DNA of 64,000 bases from an uncultured Methylomirabilota bacterium (GTDB taxonomy: Bacteria; Methylomirabilota; Methylomirabilia; Methylomirabilales; 2-02-FULL-66-22). This document shows, in pieces, positions 10,595-20,410 of this stretch. A model generated the notes under the pieces. That model was not told where the DNA came from. It made no database searches and saw only the letters and a program-made list of their open reading frames with translations. Where the stretch lies: NCBI GenBank assembly GCA_963845565.1, contig CAWJSJ010000001.1, positions 928,001-992,000 on the forward strand, in the 5' to 3' direction. Each line of letters opens with the position of its first letter. Position 1 is the first letter of the stretch. A program made the position numbers and the translations under genes.

Positions 10595-11377
10595 ATGGGA
10601 GTCCTGGATCGTTTTCGTCTCGACGGAAAGCGCCTCTTCGTCACCGGGGGGAGTCGAGGGCTCGGCCGCGAGATGGCACTCGCGATTGCCGACGCGGGCG
10701 CCGACGTAGTGCTGGTCGGCCGCGACCTCGCCAGCCTGGAGAAGACCGCCGCTGACATTCGCGCCCTGGGCCGGAACGCCTGGACTATCCAGGGGGATGC
10801 GGGCGTCCCCACTGAGTGCGAGCGAATCTGCCGCACCGCCCTTGACGACTTCGGTCCGATCGACATCCTGATCAACAACGTTGGCGGGCGGCGCGTCAAT
10901 GTCCCGACGCAGGACATGCCACTGGACACGTGGCGTCAGATGCTGGACCTGAATCTGACGAGCACCTTTCTGTGTACGAAGCTGATCGGCGGGGCCATGG
11001 TGACCCGGGGGAAGGGCGGACGGATAATCAACATCGCTTCGATCAACGCCCTCGTGGCCAATCGCGGGATCGCCGGCCGCCACTACGAAACGGCCAAAGC
11101 CGCCGTCCTGCAGTTCACTCGCGCGACCGCCGCCGATTGGGCCCCCCTTGGCATCACCGTCAACGCCATCCTGCCGGGCGGATTCCTGACCGAGGCGAAT
11201 CTGCGCTGGGTCAGGGAGGCCCCCGCGGTCATCGAGACATTCAAGGCCCAGATCCCGATGGGGGACCTCGGCAAACCGGAGGACGTCGGCCCCTTGGCCG
11301 TGTACCTGGCGAGCGACGCCTCGCGCTACATGACAGGCGCGGCCCTCATCATCGACGGCGGCTACACACTCTGGTAA
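10595..11377 (+). CDS. SDR family NAD(P)-dependent oxidoreductase
   Basis: TGGSRGLG, NNVG, YETAK (YxxxK), IDGG; AAGGAG RBS. Confidence 0.92.
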   Translation: MGVLDRFRLDGKRLFVTGGSRGLGREMALAIADAGADVVLVGRDLASLEKTAADIRALGRNAWTIQGDAGVPTECERICRTALDDFGPIDILINNVGGRRVNVPTQDMPLDTWRQMLDLNLTSTFLCTKLIGGAMVTRGKGGRIINIASINALVANRGIAGRHYETAKAAVLQFTRATAADWAPLGITVNAILPGGFLTEANLRWVREAPAVIETFKAQIPMGDLGKPEDVGPLAVYLASDASRYMTGAALIIDGGYTLW

Positions 11378-11558
11378 TCCGCTGCGGATACGGTTTCACG
11401 GTGTCCTCGTCAGAACCACCAAGGTCAAGAACGGGTTACGCGATTCTCGCGTAACCCGTCGTCGCCTGGCGTGGCACCTGGGGGTGGTTCCCCAGGACTA
11501 GCGGTGGAGCCACCGCCGAGGAGCGCGCGCCCGTATCGCCTAGATCCACCTGTCGCGC

Positions 11559-12068
11559 TCAGCGCGCCAGATGCTGGGTCGGAGAGCAGGCGTCCCGCAC
11601 CATGTTGGTGCGCGTTTGCGCGTACAGACGCGGACCGACCATCGGGGGACCCGCCACCATGGCGGTATCGTACTCGTAGCTAAAGAGGTACTGGTAAAAG
11701 AGATCGACGCGGGCCTCGGTCCCCACGGTTCGCAGATCGAGTTGAAAGGGCGACCGCTGGTTGGTGAAGATCTGGACGTCCCGGGCCTTCCCTGCGGCCT
11801 CGGCAGTCTGCCGGTTCTGCGCGTCCACGCCCACCAGCTGCAACTCCAGGTAGCGGATCGGCTGCGCCTGCCACGGGCTGTGGGCCACCCCCTCGACCCG
11901 GAGCCCACCGGACGCCGGCTGGAGGCAATTCCAGAGCAGCACCAGCTCCGAGTTGGCCGTCCGATGCATGAACACTTCCGGAGGCGCCCCCGTGCCCGGC
12001 GTGTTCACCGCCACGCAGGACGTGACGCCCATCGCGACCCCCACGAGCAACACCGCATAGCGCATCAT
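11559..12068 (-). CDS. putative lipoprotein, hypothetical
   Basis: lipobox-like VTSC after a hydrophobic N-terminus; GGAGG RBS. Confidence 0.7.
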   Translation of the reverse strand: MMRYAVLLVGVAMGVTSCVAVNTPGTGAPPEVFMHRTANSELVLLWNCLQPASGGLRVEGVAHSPWQAQPIRYLELQLVGVDAQNRQTAEAAGKARDVQIFTNQRSPFQLDLRTVGTEARVDLFYQYLFSYEYDTAMVAGPPMVGPRLYAQTRTNMVRDACSPTQHLAR

Positions 12069-12276
12069 GGTCGACCTCCTGTTCCGCCCGCCCGCCACGT
12101 GGCGTCCCGGGTGCCCTCCGCACCGTCCGTTGCGCTTCTCGGTTGCGCCAGCCGTGCCCGCGTGGCGATACGCGCCTTGCGTTTCTCTCCCGTCTGGTCC
12201 CCAGTGCCCCTGCTTGTGGATACTTTACCGCCGATCCCGGGAACAGCGCAAGCCCGATGGCGCGGAAACGCAACCG

Positions 12277-14499
12277 TCAGCGCGAGGCGGCGGCGATCAG
12301 GAGGTCCTGCGACTGGCGGTCGAGGGTGACGAAATAGGCGCTGTAGCCGGTGACCCGAACCACGAGTCCCCGATACGTTTCGGGCTCGCGCTGTGCGGCG
12401 CGGAGCGTCTCCGCGTTGACGATGTTGATCTGCAGGTGCTGGCCGCCGAGGCCGAAGTAGGTTTCGATCAGGTCGCCCAGATGCTTCGTCCCCTCGGGTC
12501 CGGAGAAGAGCGTGGGGTGGAGCGTCAGGGTCTGTCCGCCGCTCGGCGTCAGATGAAGCGGCAATTTGGCCAGCGAACGGAGCGTCGCCGTCGGCCCCAG
12601 CCGATCGCGCCCCGGCGCCGGCCCCTGGTTCTCGCTCGTCGGCGTGCCGGCCAGGCGTCCGTCGGGCGTCGCCCCGGCCATATGCCCGATCCATTTGAAG
12701 CGGTGATAGGTATAGATGCCCGGCCAGCAGGCGCCGACGATCGGGTCGGCATGTTTCAGCACCTCCCCGCAGAAGCACTCGGCGATCTCCGTGGCGATGG
12801 CGTCGGCCTCGTCATCGTCGTTGCCGAACTTCGGATACCGATGCAGCAGCCGCTGCCGCAGGATCTCCTTGCCCGCAAAGTTGGTGGCCAGCGCGTCGCG
12901 GAGCTCGTCGAGGGTCAGCCAGCGTTCCTCGTAGACCGCCTTCTTGAGCACCACCAGAGAATCCGCGACGGTGCCCAACCCCCCGGCGTAATTGTTGTGA
13001 TGGACGTATCGCGCTCCGCCGTGGTTCGCGTCCCGGCCCCGCGCCATGCAGTCGTGTACCAGGGCCGACTCAAAACAGAACGGCCGATGGGCCAGATAGT
13101 CCTCGGTGTAATACCGCCGTTTCAGGGCCACCGCCCGCGCCACGTCGTCTGCGATCTGCACCTTCATCGCCCGCATGAGGTCGGCGAACGTGTGCAGTTC
13201 CTCCGGCTCTCCCGTCGCCGGTCCCGCGTACACCTCGTCGATCGCGTAGGTGGGGCTGTGCTCCCGCAGCTCGTTCTCGAGGCGAAGCGGTTTGACCGGA
13301 TAGGGATCGCGGCCATTGTTCAGCGCCAGCTCGAGAGACTTGACGAGGCTGTGCTGGTACTCCCGCAGCTGGGGCTCCCAGCCCGGCAGGTGTGGGTTGC
13401 AACAGCCGTAGTGCACGTACCCACGCGCAACGTCCAGGGGGATGCCCAGATTCCTCAGGGACGCAATCACGACGTCGTCGTGATAGATCCCGATGCTCGC
13501 CCCCCGACGGACCGCATCGCAGACCGCGTGCCAGAACATGCGGTCGATGCCGGCATGGTAGCGAACGGTGAGGGTCGGCTCCTTGAGCCGCAGGCCGTCG
13601 ATCGCCTCCAGGCAGAGGGCCGACAGCTCGTTGGTGGCGTCCCTCCCGGCGTCCGTCTGGCCGCCGACCACCAGGTACTGCACGCTGTCTTTGCAGGGAG
13701 ACCGTTTCATCGGCGTGGTGTAGTGATCGTGGATGCCGATGAAAGCATTCATCTTCACAAACATACACTGCAGGAGCTCCAGCGCCTCCTCGCGCGTGAG
13801 CACACCGGCGGCGATGTCCTGACGATAGAAGGGGAGCAGGTATTGATCGAGACGACCCACCGAGTAATCGCGCGCCCCACACACGGCGTGCAGAACGAAG
13901 TCGAGGAACCAGACCGACTGCACCGCCTCGTGGAACGAGCGCGCGGGCAGGCCGGGCACCCGGCGGCAGACGGCCGCCATGCGCGCCAGTTCCGCCCGAC
14001 GGGCGGCATCGGCGGTCGCCTCCGCCATCCGGGCGGCCGCCTCGGCGTATCGCGCCGCGAGGGCGACGACCGCCCGGCAGCAGATGGCGATGGCCTCCCA
14101 GAACTCGCGGCGCGGGTCGGCGTCCTCCGCATCGGACGTCAGGGCGGCGACGCGTTCCTCGGCCTCGCGCGCGAGGCCAAGCAGGCCGCGCTCCAGGAGC
14201 ACCTCCCAGGCCGGGGTCAGGTGGCCCCGGGTGCGGAACCAGCGCGGCTGGAAGTACTCGTCATGCAGCGTGACGAAGAGGGCTTCCTCGTCCGGGGAGA
14301 GCAGGATTTCCGGGGGCTCGCCGACGATCAGGTCGTCCTCGCCGATCACCACGGACATCGTCTCCGCGATCTCCCGCATGGCGAGGGCATAGAGACGGGT
14401 GGGCCGCTCGCGACCGTGTTTCTCGTGGGCCTGGCGCAGCGCAAGTACGCGTTCCCAGAACACGGTGCGATCGTCGACGGTAAACAGGCGCTCCCTCAT
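12277..14499 (-). CDS. glycyl radical enzyme (PFL superfamily), unassigned class
   Basis: Gly loop VRVTGYSAYF; GRLDQYLLP, PKFGNDD, GATPDGR; Cys loop YGCCNP; start uncertain (ORF open to 14694). Confidence 0.92.
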   Translation of the reverse strand: MRERLFTVDDRTVFWERVLALRQAHEKHGRERPTRLYALAMREIAETMSVVIGEDDLIVGEPPEILLSPDEEALFVTLHDEYFQPRWFRTRGHLTPAWEVLLERGLLGLAREAEERVAALTSDAEDADPRREFWEAIAICCRAVVALAARYAEAAARMAEATADAARRAELARMAAVCRRVPGLPARSFHEAVQSVWFLDFVLHAVCGARDYSVGRLDQYLLPFYRQDIAAGVLTREEALELLQCMFVKMNAFIGIHDHYTTPMKRSPCKDSVQYLVVGGQTDAGRDATNELSALCLEAIDGLRLKEPTLTVRYHAGIDRMFWHAVCDAVRRGASIGIYHDDVVIASLRNLGIPLDVARGYVHYGCCNPHLPGWEPQLREYQHSLVKSLELALNNGRDPYPVKPLRLENELREHSPTYAIDEVYAGPATGEPEELHTFADLMRAMKVQIADDVARAVALKRRYYTEDYLAHRPFCFESALVHDCMARGRDANHGGARYVHHNNYAGGLGTVADSLVVLKKAVYEERWLTLDELRDALATNFAGKEILRQRLLHRYPKFGNDDDEADAIATEIAECFCGEVLKHADPIVGACWPGIYTYHRFKWIGHMAGATPDGRLAGTPTSENQGPAPGRDRLGPTATLRSLAKLPLHLTPSGGQTLTLHPTLFSGPEGTKHLGDLIETYFGLGGQHLQINIVNAETLRAAQREPETYRGLVVRVTGYSAYFVTLDRQSQDLLIAAASR

Positions 14500-14680
14500 C
14501 CGGGCAATACGGCCTCCAGCACATCCCGGCGAAACCCGCGGTCGTCGCTCAGGGGGGACCCCTAAGACTTTTTGCATCGCACCCGCCTTCACAGAGCGCT
14601 CCTGCCTGTGGCTCTGCGCTCTGCCCTGACCGTGAGCCGATTCACTGCTCAGACCCAGACTATACACTAGCAACCGGACA

Positions 14681-14694
14681 ATGTACGAGTACAT
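14681..14694. promoter_or_regulatory. palindromic operator-like site upstream of the GRE
   Basis: ATGTAC-GA-GTACAT perfect inverted repeat in AT-richer intergenic DNA. Confidence 0.4.
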
Positions 14695-14861
14695 CGTTCC
14701 GCTTCAATAGGACGTACAACCCTCGTCGCTCAGAAACCTGTCACGACAGGTGGCTCCCCAGGGGACTTTGCGGGGCGCAGGGAGAATTTGCACTTGACAC
14801 CGGGACTCCGTTCGGCAGGCTTGTGTTGTGAGTCTCGCGCGCATATCACGGGAGGGGCACC

Positions 14862-15107
14862 ATGCGATACATCGTTCTCGCCTGCCTGATGAGCCTCGGT
14901 GTCGGCCTGATTGCCTTCGGGTTCGTCGCCACCGGGGGCGACCATCTCGCATCCTTCGATCCACACCACCCAGCCACGTTCCTCCCGAGCCTGGAGAGCC
15001 GCCTCCGCGCATTCCACACCGCTGCGGGCGAACTGCTGACAAATGTTGTCGAGGAGGCCATTGCGCCCTACCGCGAGGGATTCCGGCACCATTGGCAGGC
15101 GCGCTAA
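14862..15107 (+). CDS. small single-pass membrane protein (paralog of 38448-38705)
   Basis: GGAGG RBS, N-terminal TM; SFDPxxPATxLP and APYRE shared with the second copy. Confidence 0.75.
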   Translation: MRYIVLACLMSLGVGLIAFGFVATGGDHLASFDPHHPATFLPSLESRLRAFHTAAGELLTNVVEEAIAPYREGFRHHWQAR

Positions 15108-15207
15108 CCTTTGGGCGACGGCGCCCACGATACCCGCCGAATACCGTTGACGATTTCGATTGACACCCCCCGGATCCGTCCCGCACCATGTGTGTCGGAG
15201 GTGCAGT

Positions 15208-15534
15208 ATGAACGTCCTTTCTTCCTTGACTCATCACTCGCCTTCGCACAGGCGGCCGGGCAGCCTGTGTCTCTACTGGTTCGGGACCGCGATCTGCTTC
15301 GTCGGGTTCCTCATCCTGGCGCGGGACGGCCTGACCTGGTTCGGCCAGGGAGAGCGCGTGGAATTCGCGATCACGACGCTTTCGAGCATCCTGCCCTCCC
15401 TCCCTCACATCAGCGCACCCACAGCCTGGCACCAGTTGCTGCAGGGGACCCGTGACTTCTGCGGGGTCACCCCGCTCTCGCTCCTCCTCCTGGTACTGGG
15501 CTGGTGCGCTCGGACCCTGGCGAACGTCGGGTGA
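15208..15534 (+). CDS. small 2-TM hypothetical protein
   Basis: GGAGGT RBS, upstream TTGACA, two hydrophobic segments. Confidence 0.55.
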   Translation: MNVLSSLTHHSPSHRRPGSLCLYWFGTAICFVGFLILARDGLTWFGQGERVEFAITTLSSILPSLPHISAPTAWHQLLQGTRDFCGVTPLSLLLLVLGWCARTLANVG

Positions 15535-15857
15535 GACGTGCCCAGAAGTCCGCGCACGCTGACGCGGACCAGGCCTCCGCCAGCGCGGACTAGCAGGCGG
15601 GCCTACCTCGACTGCTGCTCCACGCGCCCTCGGCCCCCGGGTGTCACCCCCACACGCAATCCTCTCGTGCCCTGTGTCCTGCGATCTTCGTGCGCTCCAC
15701 CCTTACCCGCCAGCGCCACCACCTCGCGCGGAGAATCCCCGCGGTAAGCGCGGCGGCGCGTCAGTCGGCGCGTTCATGTCCGGCGCATCCGTTGACGCTG
15801 GCGCGGTGCAGTGTTACCCTGCGACCGTCTGTCACCGGCGCGATACAGGAGGGTGCC

Positions 15858-16364
15858 ATGCGCTTCTTCTCCCACCGTTTCGTGCGTCGAATTGTCGTCG
15901 CCGTGATCCTGCTCCTCCCGGCCATCCCAGCGCGGGCTGGTGACAATCCGTGGGAACGCACGACCCTCAAAGGGATCAAACACGTGGCCGTGCTGGTCGA
16001 GGACGTTAGTCCGGACATGGCGCAGGACGGCCTCACAAGATCCCAAATCCGGACCGAGGTCGAGTCACGCCTCCGACAATCGGGCATCACGGTCGTTCCC
16101 TCCTCGCCAGACTTCCTCTACGTGCGAGTCGGTACCTGGAAAATCCCGGGCTCTCCCGCTTATGCTGTCTCCATTACGGTAGAATTCCGTCAACAAGTAA
16201 GCCTCGTTCGTGATTCCACGATCCCCATGGCTTCGACCGCGACGTGGGGTGTCGATGCGCTTGGGGCATTCGGCAGCGACCGCCTTCGTGAGATCCGGCC
16301 GCACGTGATCGACAACGTAGACAAGTTCATCAGCGCCTTCCTCGAACAGAACCCCAAACAGTAG
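15858..16364 (+). CDS. secreted hypothetical protein (paralog of 17282-17827)
   Basis: AGGAGG RBS, signal peptide ending ARA|G, ends QNPKQ; promoter TTGACG-17-TACCCT. Confidence 0.8.
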   Translation: MRFFSHRFVRRIVVAVILLLPAIPARAGDNPWERTTLKGIKHVAVLVEDVSPDMAQDGLTRSQIRTEVESRLRQSGITVVPSSPDFLYVRVGTWKIPGSPAYAVSITVEFRQQVSLVRDSTIPMASTATWGVDALGAFGSDRLREIRPHVIDNVDKFISAFLEQNPKQ

Positions 16365-16883
16365 TCTGCATCATTCCCGGTCCCGATAACCGCACGCAAC
16401 ATGGACTTCGATCGGAGGATCGCCTCGACCAGGTCGGCGGCGTGTGCGGCGCCTCGGCCCTCGCGTCCCCCGTCTTCTCAGTGATGACGATGGACACCTC
16501 GCGCAGCGAACCCACATGATGACGTGGCGAGGCAGTGGGGTCGGTTTGGATTGTTTGCAAGGAGCGAGACATACTTGAGGTTTCAGTTCCGAATTAACGG
16601 GTAACAGTAAGAAACAAGGCGGTTCATCACTCTAAAGGGGCGCACATTCGGCTTGTTCCTGGAGGGTCGCCAGTCGGTATAGGTCGGCATCGGTCATCGC
16701 TCCAGCGGGTTGCGACGCAGAAGCAGGGCCGCGCCTTTCATCAGCAGCGGGATTAACCCGGGGCGAGTCCGTCATGCTCCTCCTGCGGGCCACACGTTTG
16801 CGGTTGACAACTGGAATCCGTTCGTCACGCTACGGCCGTCATCTGCTCACACAACGCACAACGGAGGACCGGAGGACAGGGAC

Positions 16884-17081
16884 ATGCAGTACGTTTTGTT
16901 CGGTGGCATCTTTGGCCTGCCCGTGGCGGTCTGTTTGGGCCTGCTCGCCTTGAAGGTGCTGGACACCTTCGCGGCAGACGACCTGCCGGCGCCCGTTCGG
17001 AACGACGCCAGCCGCCTGCACGAGATCGAGTCCCGGGAAGACGCCCTGGTGGACTCGTTCTTCAACCCCCCCGTCAAATAG
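16884..17081 (+). CDS. small single-pass membrane protein
   Basis: GGAGG RBS, N-terminal TM, upstream promoter motif at 16804. Confidence 0.6.
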   Translation: MQYVLFGGIFGLPVAVCLGLLALKVLDTFAADDLPAPVRNDASRLHEIESREDALVDSFFNPPVK

Positions 17082-17281
17082 ACCCCACCGCAATAACCGA
17101 ACATCCGTCAGACGTCCTCCAGCGTCCCACGCCGCGTCACCCGCGGGCCGGTCAACCCCGGCACCGCGCCCACCTCTACCCAGCCCCGGCGGTGGATCAG
17201 TCGGCGGGCGCGACGTCCGGCGCACTCGTTGACGCATTCGTGGCTGAGTGGTAGTGTCGCGCCACAGAGCTTCACCTATCC

Positions 17282-17827
17282 ATGCAGGGTGCCGTAATGA
17301 TTCGCCCCAACTCATCCACGCCGCGCCTCTGGATCGCATCGGCCGCGGCAAGCGTCCTCCGGGCCGCGATCCCCGGCGATGGTTTCGCCGAGCAGGGTGG
17401 CCCGTGGGATCCGGCTACATTCAAGGGTGTCAGGACGGTTGACGTGCAGGTGCCGCCGATCGACACGTCGGTGGAAAGCGATGGGTTTAGCCAGATCCAA
17501 TTTGAGGCTGACGTAAAACTGCGACTCTTGCGGGCTGGCATCGACGTCAACTCGTCCTCTCCGGTTTGTGCTGAACGGCTCTTTGTGTTGATCAACGCGG
17601 TGAAATCCGACGTACTCCCCCTCTATGCTGTTTCCTGCGATCTGGAATTCCGTCAGCCGGTGTGCCTGATGCGCGATCCGTGCGTCCTCACCTCTGCGAC
17701 CACCTGGAGTCGCAACATCGTCGAACTGGTGAGTTCAGCGAGAGCGGGAGACTTCACGCGCCAGTCATTAGCCAACCTTGTGGACCAGTTCATCAACGCC
17801 TACTTCGACCAGAATCCGAAGCAGTAG
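17282..17827 (+). CDS. secreted-type hypothetical protein (paralog of 15858-16364), N-terminus possibly eroded
   Basis: aligns with the first copy (KGV, EFRQ.V.L.RD, TW, VDQFI, QNPKQ); promoter TTGACG-17-TAGTGT. Confidence 0.72.
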   Translation: MQGAVMIRPNSSTPRLWIASAAASVLRAAIPGDGFAEQGGPWDPATFKGVRTVDVQVPPIDTSVESDGFSQIQFEADVKLRLLRAGIDVNSSSPVCAERLFVLINAVKSDVLPLYAVSCDLEFRQPVCLMRDPCVLTSATTWSRNIVELVSSARAGDFTRQSLANLVDQFINAYFDQNPKQ

Positions 17828-17870
17828 ACTGGCATCCGTCGTGCGGCGTGATGACAGACGGGAGAAAACC

Positions 17871-18056
17871 ATGAAGCCCATCGCACGGCTCGCCACGCTC
17901 TTCCTCACCTTGGTAGCTCTCGCCCAACTCATTCGTCTGGTGCTCCAGATCGAGGTGGTGGCTGGCGGCGTGCACATTCCGTTGTGGGCAAGCGCGGTGG
18001 CATGTGTCGTCACGGGCGGGCTGGCGATCCTGCTGTGGCGCGAGAGCAAGCGGTAA
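17871..18056 (+). CDS. small 2-TM membrane protein
   Basis: GGAG RBS; two hydrophobic helices around IPLWAS. Confidence 0.7.
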   Translation: MKPIARLATLFLTLVALAQLIRLVLQIEVVAGGVHIPLWASAVACVVTGGLAILLWRESKR

Positions 18057-18723
18057 AGGGAGTGGAACCCGTCGTGGGTCCCGGTGTGCGGCAGATGGAC
18101 GAGGCTCCGATAGATTGGCGTTGACATCCCGGCCCGCTCGTCAGACTCTATTCCTGTTTCCCGCCGGATGGCCACCGCCTCCCGACGCGAACCCGCCGCA
18201 GCGGTGAGGGCCGCCCGGTGTGCGCGGCGGATGCTGTATTGGGTCGGGGTGTGGAAATGGCGCACGGACTCATCATCGTGTCCCGGGATCGGCCGGAGCT
18301 GTTTCGGACAACGGTGGGCGCGTCCCGCTGACGCCGTTCCAGTTGCAGGCCCCAGGAGCGTCGGGGTTCTCCCTCGGCGCTCGTGGTATTTCTGGTGTCA
18401 CGCGGCGGCCGTGAGGAGCAGCGCCACGCCCTTCCTCGGGAACGGGATCAACCCCAGGGGTGGAACCTCCGGTCTACATGTCTGGCGCATCCAATGACCC
18501 TGCACGGAACATATTGGGCGGAACATTTTTCCAGCACACTCCGCCCCGCCTTCGACGCACTCACACACCCGCGCCAAAAAGCTACGACTTGCGAGGGCTT
18601 GGCGTTTGCGAACACGGGTCGTGATTGTCTGACGGATCAGGCACGGTTCGTGCCTTCTACAGCCGTGTCGAGTATTCGTGACGTTTTGGCATCGTCCTGG
18701 TGGTCACATCGAAGGAGAACCGC

Positions 18724-18897
18724 ATGACATTCCTTCTATTCATCGGTGGAATCTTCGCGGCGATTGGCTTTTTTCTCGGGGTAGTTGCCACGGTGATTTG
18801 CCGACGAAACGACGGCGACAACCGGCCGATACCACACGCCTGTGCATACCCACACGGGGAGTGCCTGGTGACGCAAAACTCCAGCAACACAGCTTGA
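18724..18897 (+). CDS. small single-pass membrane protein
   Basis: AAGGAG RBS; TM followed by basic residues; sigma54-like site upstream. Confidence 0.5.
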   Translation: MTFLLFIGGIFAAIGFFLGVVATVICRRNDGDNRPIPHACAYPHGECLVTQNSSNTA

Positions 18898-18919
18898 CCG
18901 AAAGCGGGAGGAACCGCGT

Positions 18920-19381
18920 ATGGATCTCCTTCTTCTCATCGCGAGCGGGGTCGGCCTGGCCGTGGGCTGCAAGGTGATTGGCATGATCCTCGAAGTACGC
19001 CACGACTTCGCCCAACCGAAACACCGCGAGCCGCACCAGGGTGGTCACGGTCGGCTTCGCACTCCTGAGATCTCCTGCACGTCCGCTGTCGGCATCAGTG
19101 TTTTCATTCTCCGAACGACAAGTTGGGAGTGTCGCGGCCGTGAGCAATTGAACACCCCCAGCAGTGGCCGGGGGTCTCCTACCCCGTGCAGCCACACCGA
19201 CTCCACCCGGGCGCGGTGTTGCTGCATCGTGTCGGTGGTGGGCCGGTTCTCTTCCACCAGATCGGAGTTGATCCTGATGACCATGACAGGGCCGACGACG
19301 GTGTTCCACCCCACCGCGTTCGACTGGCGCCCACCGACGCTGAGGAGACCCGGACGCTCGGGTCAGAAGAACCAGGCGTGA
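18920..19381 (+). CDS. hypothetical protein with N-terminal TM; C-terminal part doubtful
   Basis: GGGAGG RBS and hydrophobic start; downstream sequence lacks coding character. Confidence 0.3.
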   Translation: MDLLLLIASGVGLAVGCKVIGMILEVRHDFAQPKHREPHQGGHGRLRTPEISCTSAVGISVFILRTTSWECRGREQLNTPSSGRGSPTPCSHTDSTRARCCCIVSVVGRFSSTRSELILMTMTGPTTVFHPTAFDWRPPTLRRPGRSGQKNQA

Positions 19382-19400
19382 GAACCACCACCGGGCGGAA

Positions 19401-19986
19401 TTACCTCCCATCCGCGGGCGTCAGGCGGGTTATGTACTTCTCCCGTTCCGGGTCCTTCTCGAAGAAGGCCACTACGCCGGCCGCCTCCGCCTTCTTTTCT
19501 GCATCCCAGGTCTGGATTTGCTCCGCCACCGGCACGAGAAACTCAAGCGACTGCTTCAGCGTGTCAACTTTGTCCCAGCACTCGGATCCCGGGTCACCGG
19601 GATCATGGCCAGGCCCTCTTTCGCCCACCCAAATTGCCGGACAGTGAGGATGTAGTAGCTCTTTCCGGGAGCGAGGTCCCCCGCCACCTCCACCTTGTTC
19701 TCGGCGATGCCGATGAAGAGGTGCCTCCCAGGAGCGCAGAGGTACTCGAAGTACGATTTCGGCTGACTCAAGCCGATGAATTGGTCCCGGTCCCAGACCT
19801 GGAAGCTGTTGAACGGCCTATTGATGACGGGCCCCCTGGATGGCCGCTGGACGTACACGAGGGCCTTATCCGGTGGCGGCCCATTGGAAGCGGTGGTGCG
19901 GGAACTGGATGTAGCCAGATGAACCCAGCATGGGGAGGGCGCGACCATGGCCGCACATACACCAAACTGGACGGCAGGCGTGGCAT
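19401..19986 (-). pseudogene. frameshifted DUF2846-like lipoprotein
   Basis: PDKALVYVQRP...SYF...PGRH...LAPGKSYYI; coding sense split over several frames. Confidence 0.55.
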
Positions 19987-20199
19987 GGCGCGGAGGGGTG
20001 GCGCGCAGCTATCTGCGGCTCGGACTGCTCCTGCTCACCCTCCCGCCGTCTGGCTGCTCCCTCTTCATTTACCACGACTACGGCGAAGAGACTAGACCCG
20101 ATCCCAAATCCCGCAGCAACGCCCGCCGCGCTGTCCCGATCTCGCCCACCATTTGACGGCCGATCCGCGGATGGGTACAATCCTCAAGAATCGGAATGC

Positions 20200-20410
20200 A
20201 CGGATGTGTGGCTGTTCACCACGCCGGCAGAGATCGCCCGACGCTGGACGGACTTGGCCCCGCATCTGGGGCGCCGCCGGCCCTTCTGGGAGTTCCTCCT
20301 GCGGCGATGGCGGGAGGAGGGGCTCCTTGATTGCTAGCCGGCTGACCTCCCTCCAGCGTGATCTTTTGGAGGCGTTCTTCCAGCGGGAGTCCCGCTTCTT
20401 CTTGGCGGTC
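20200..20410 (+). pseudogene. remnant of an AbiEii-type nucleotidyltransferase toxin-antitoxin pair
   Basis: C-terminus DVWLFTTP...HLGRRRPFWEFLL overlapping N-terminus SRLTSLQRDLLEAFF...FFL, which breaks off where GGxAL is expected. Confidence 0.55.

Noticed and set aside
11471..11497. tRNA 3'-end att duplicate
   Set aside because: Does not match either tRNA in the window; just a short hairpin between convergent genes.
12213..12224. DnaA box or replication origin
   Set aside because: Single one-mismatch box with no cluster or origin genes.
12067..14565. 832-aa plus-strand ORF
   Set aside because: Antisense to the glycyl radical enzyme; no motifs. The same applies to other long shadows such as 3719-5647 and 28052-30043.
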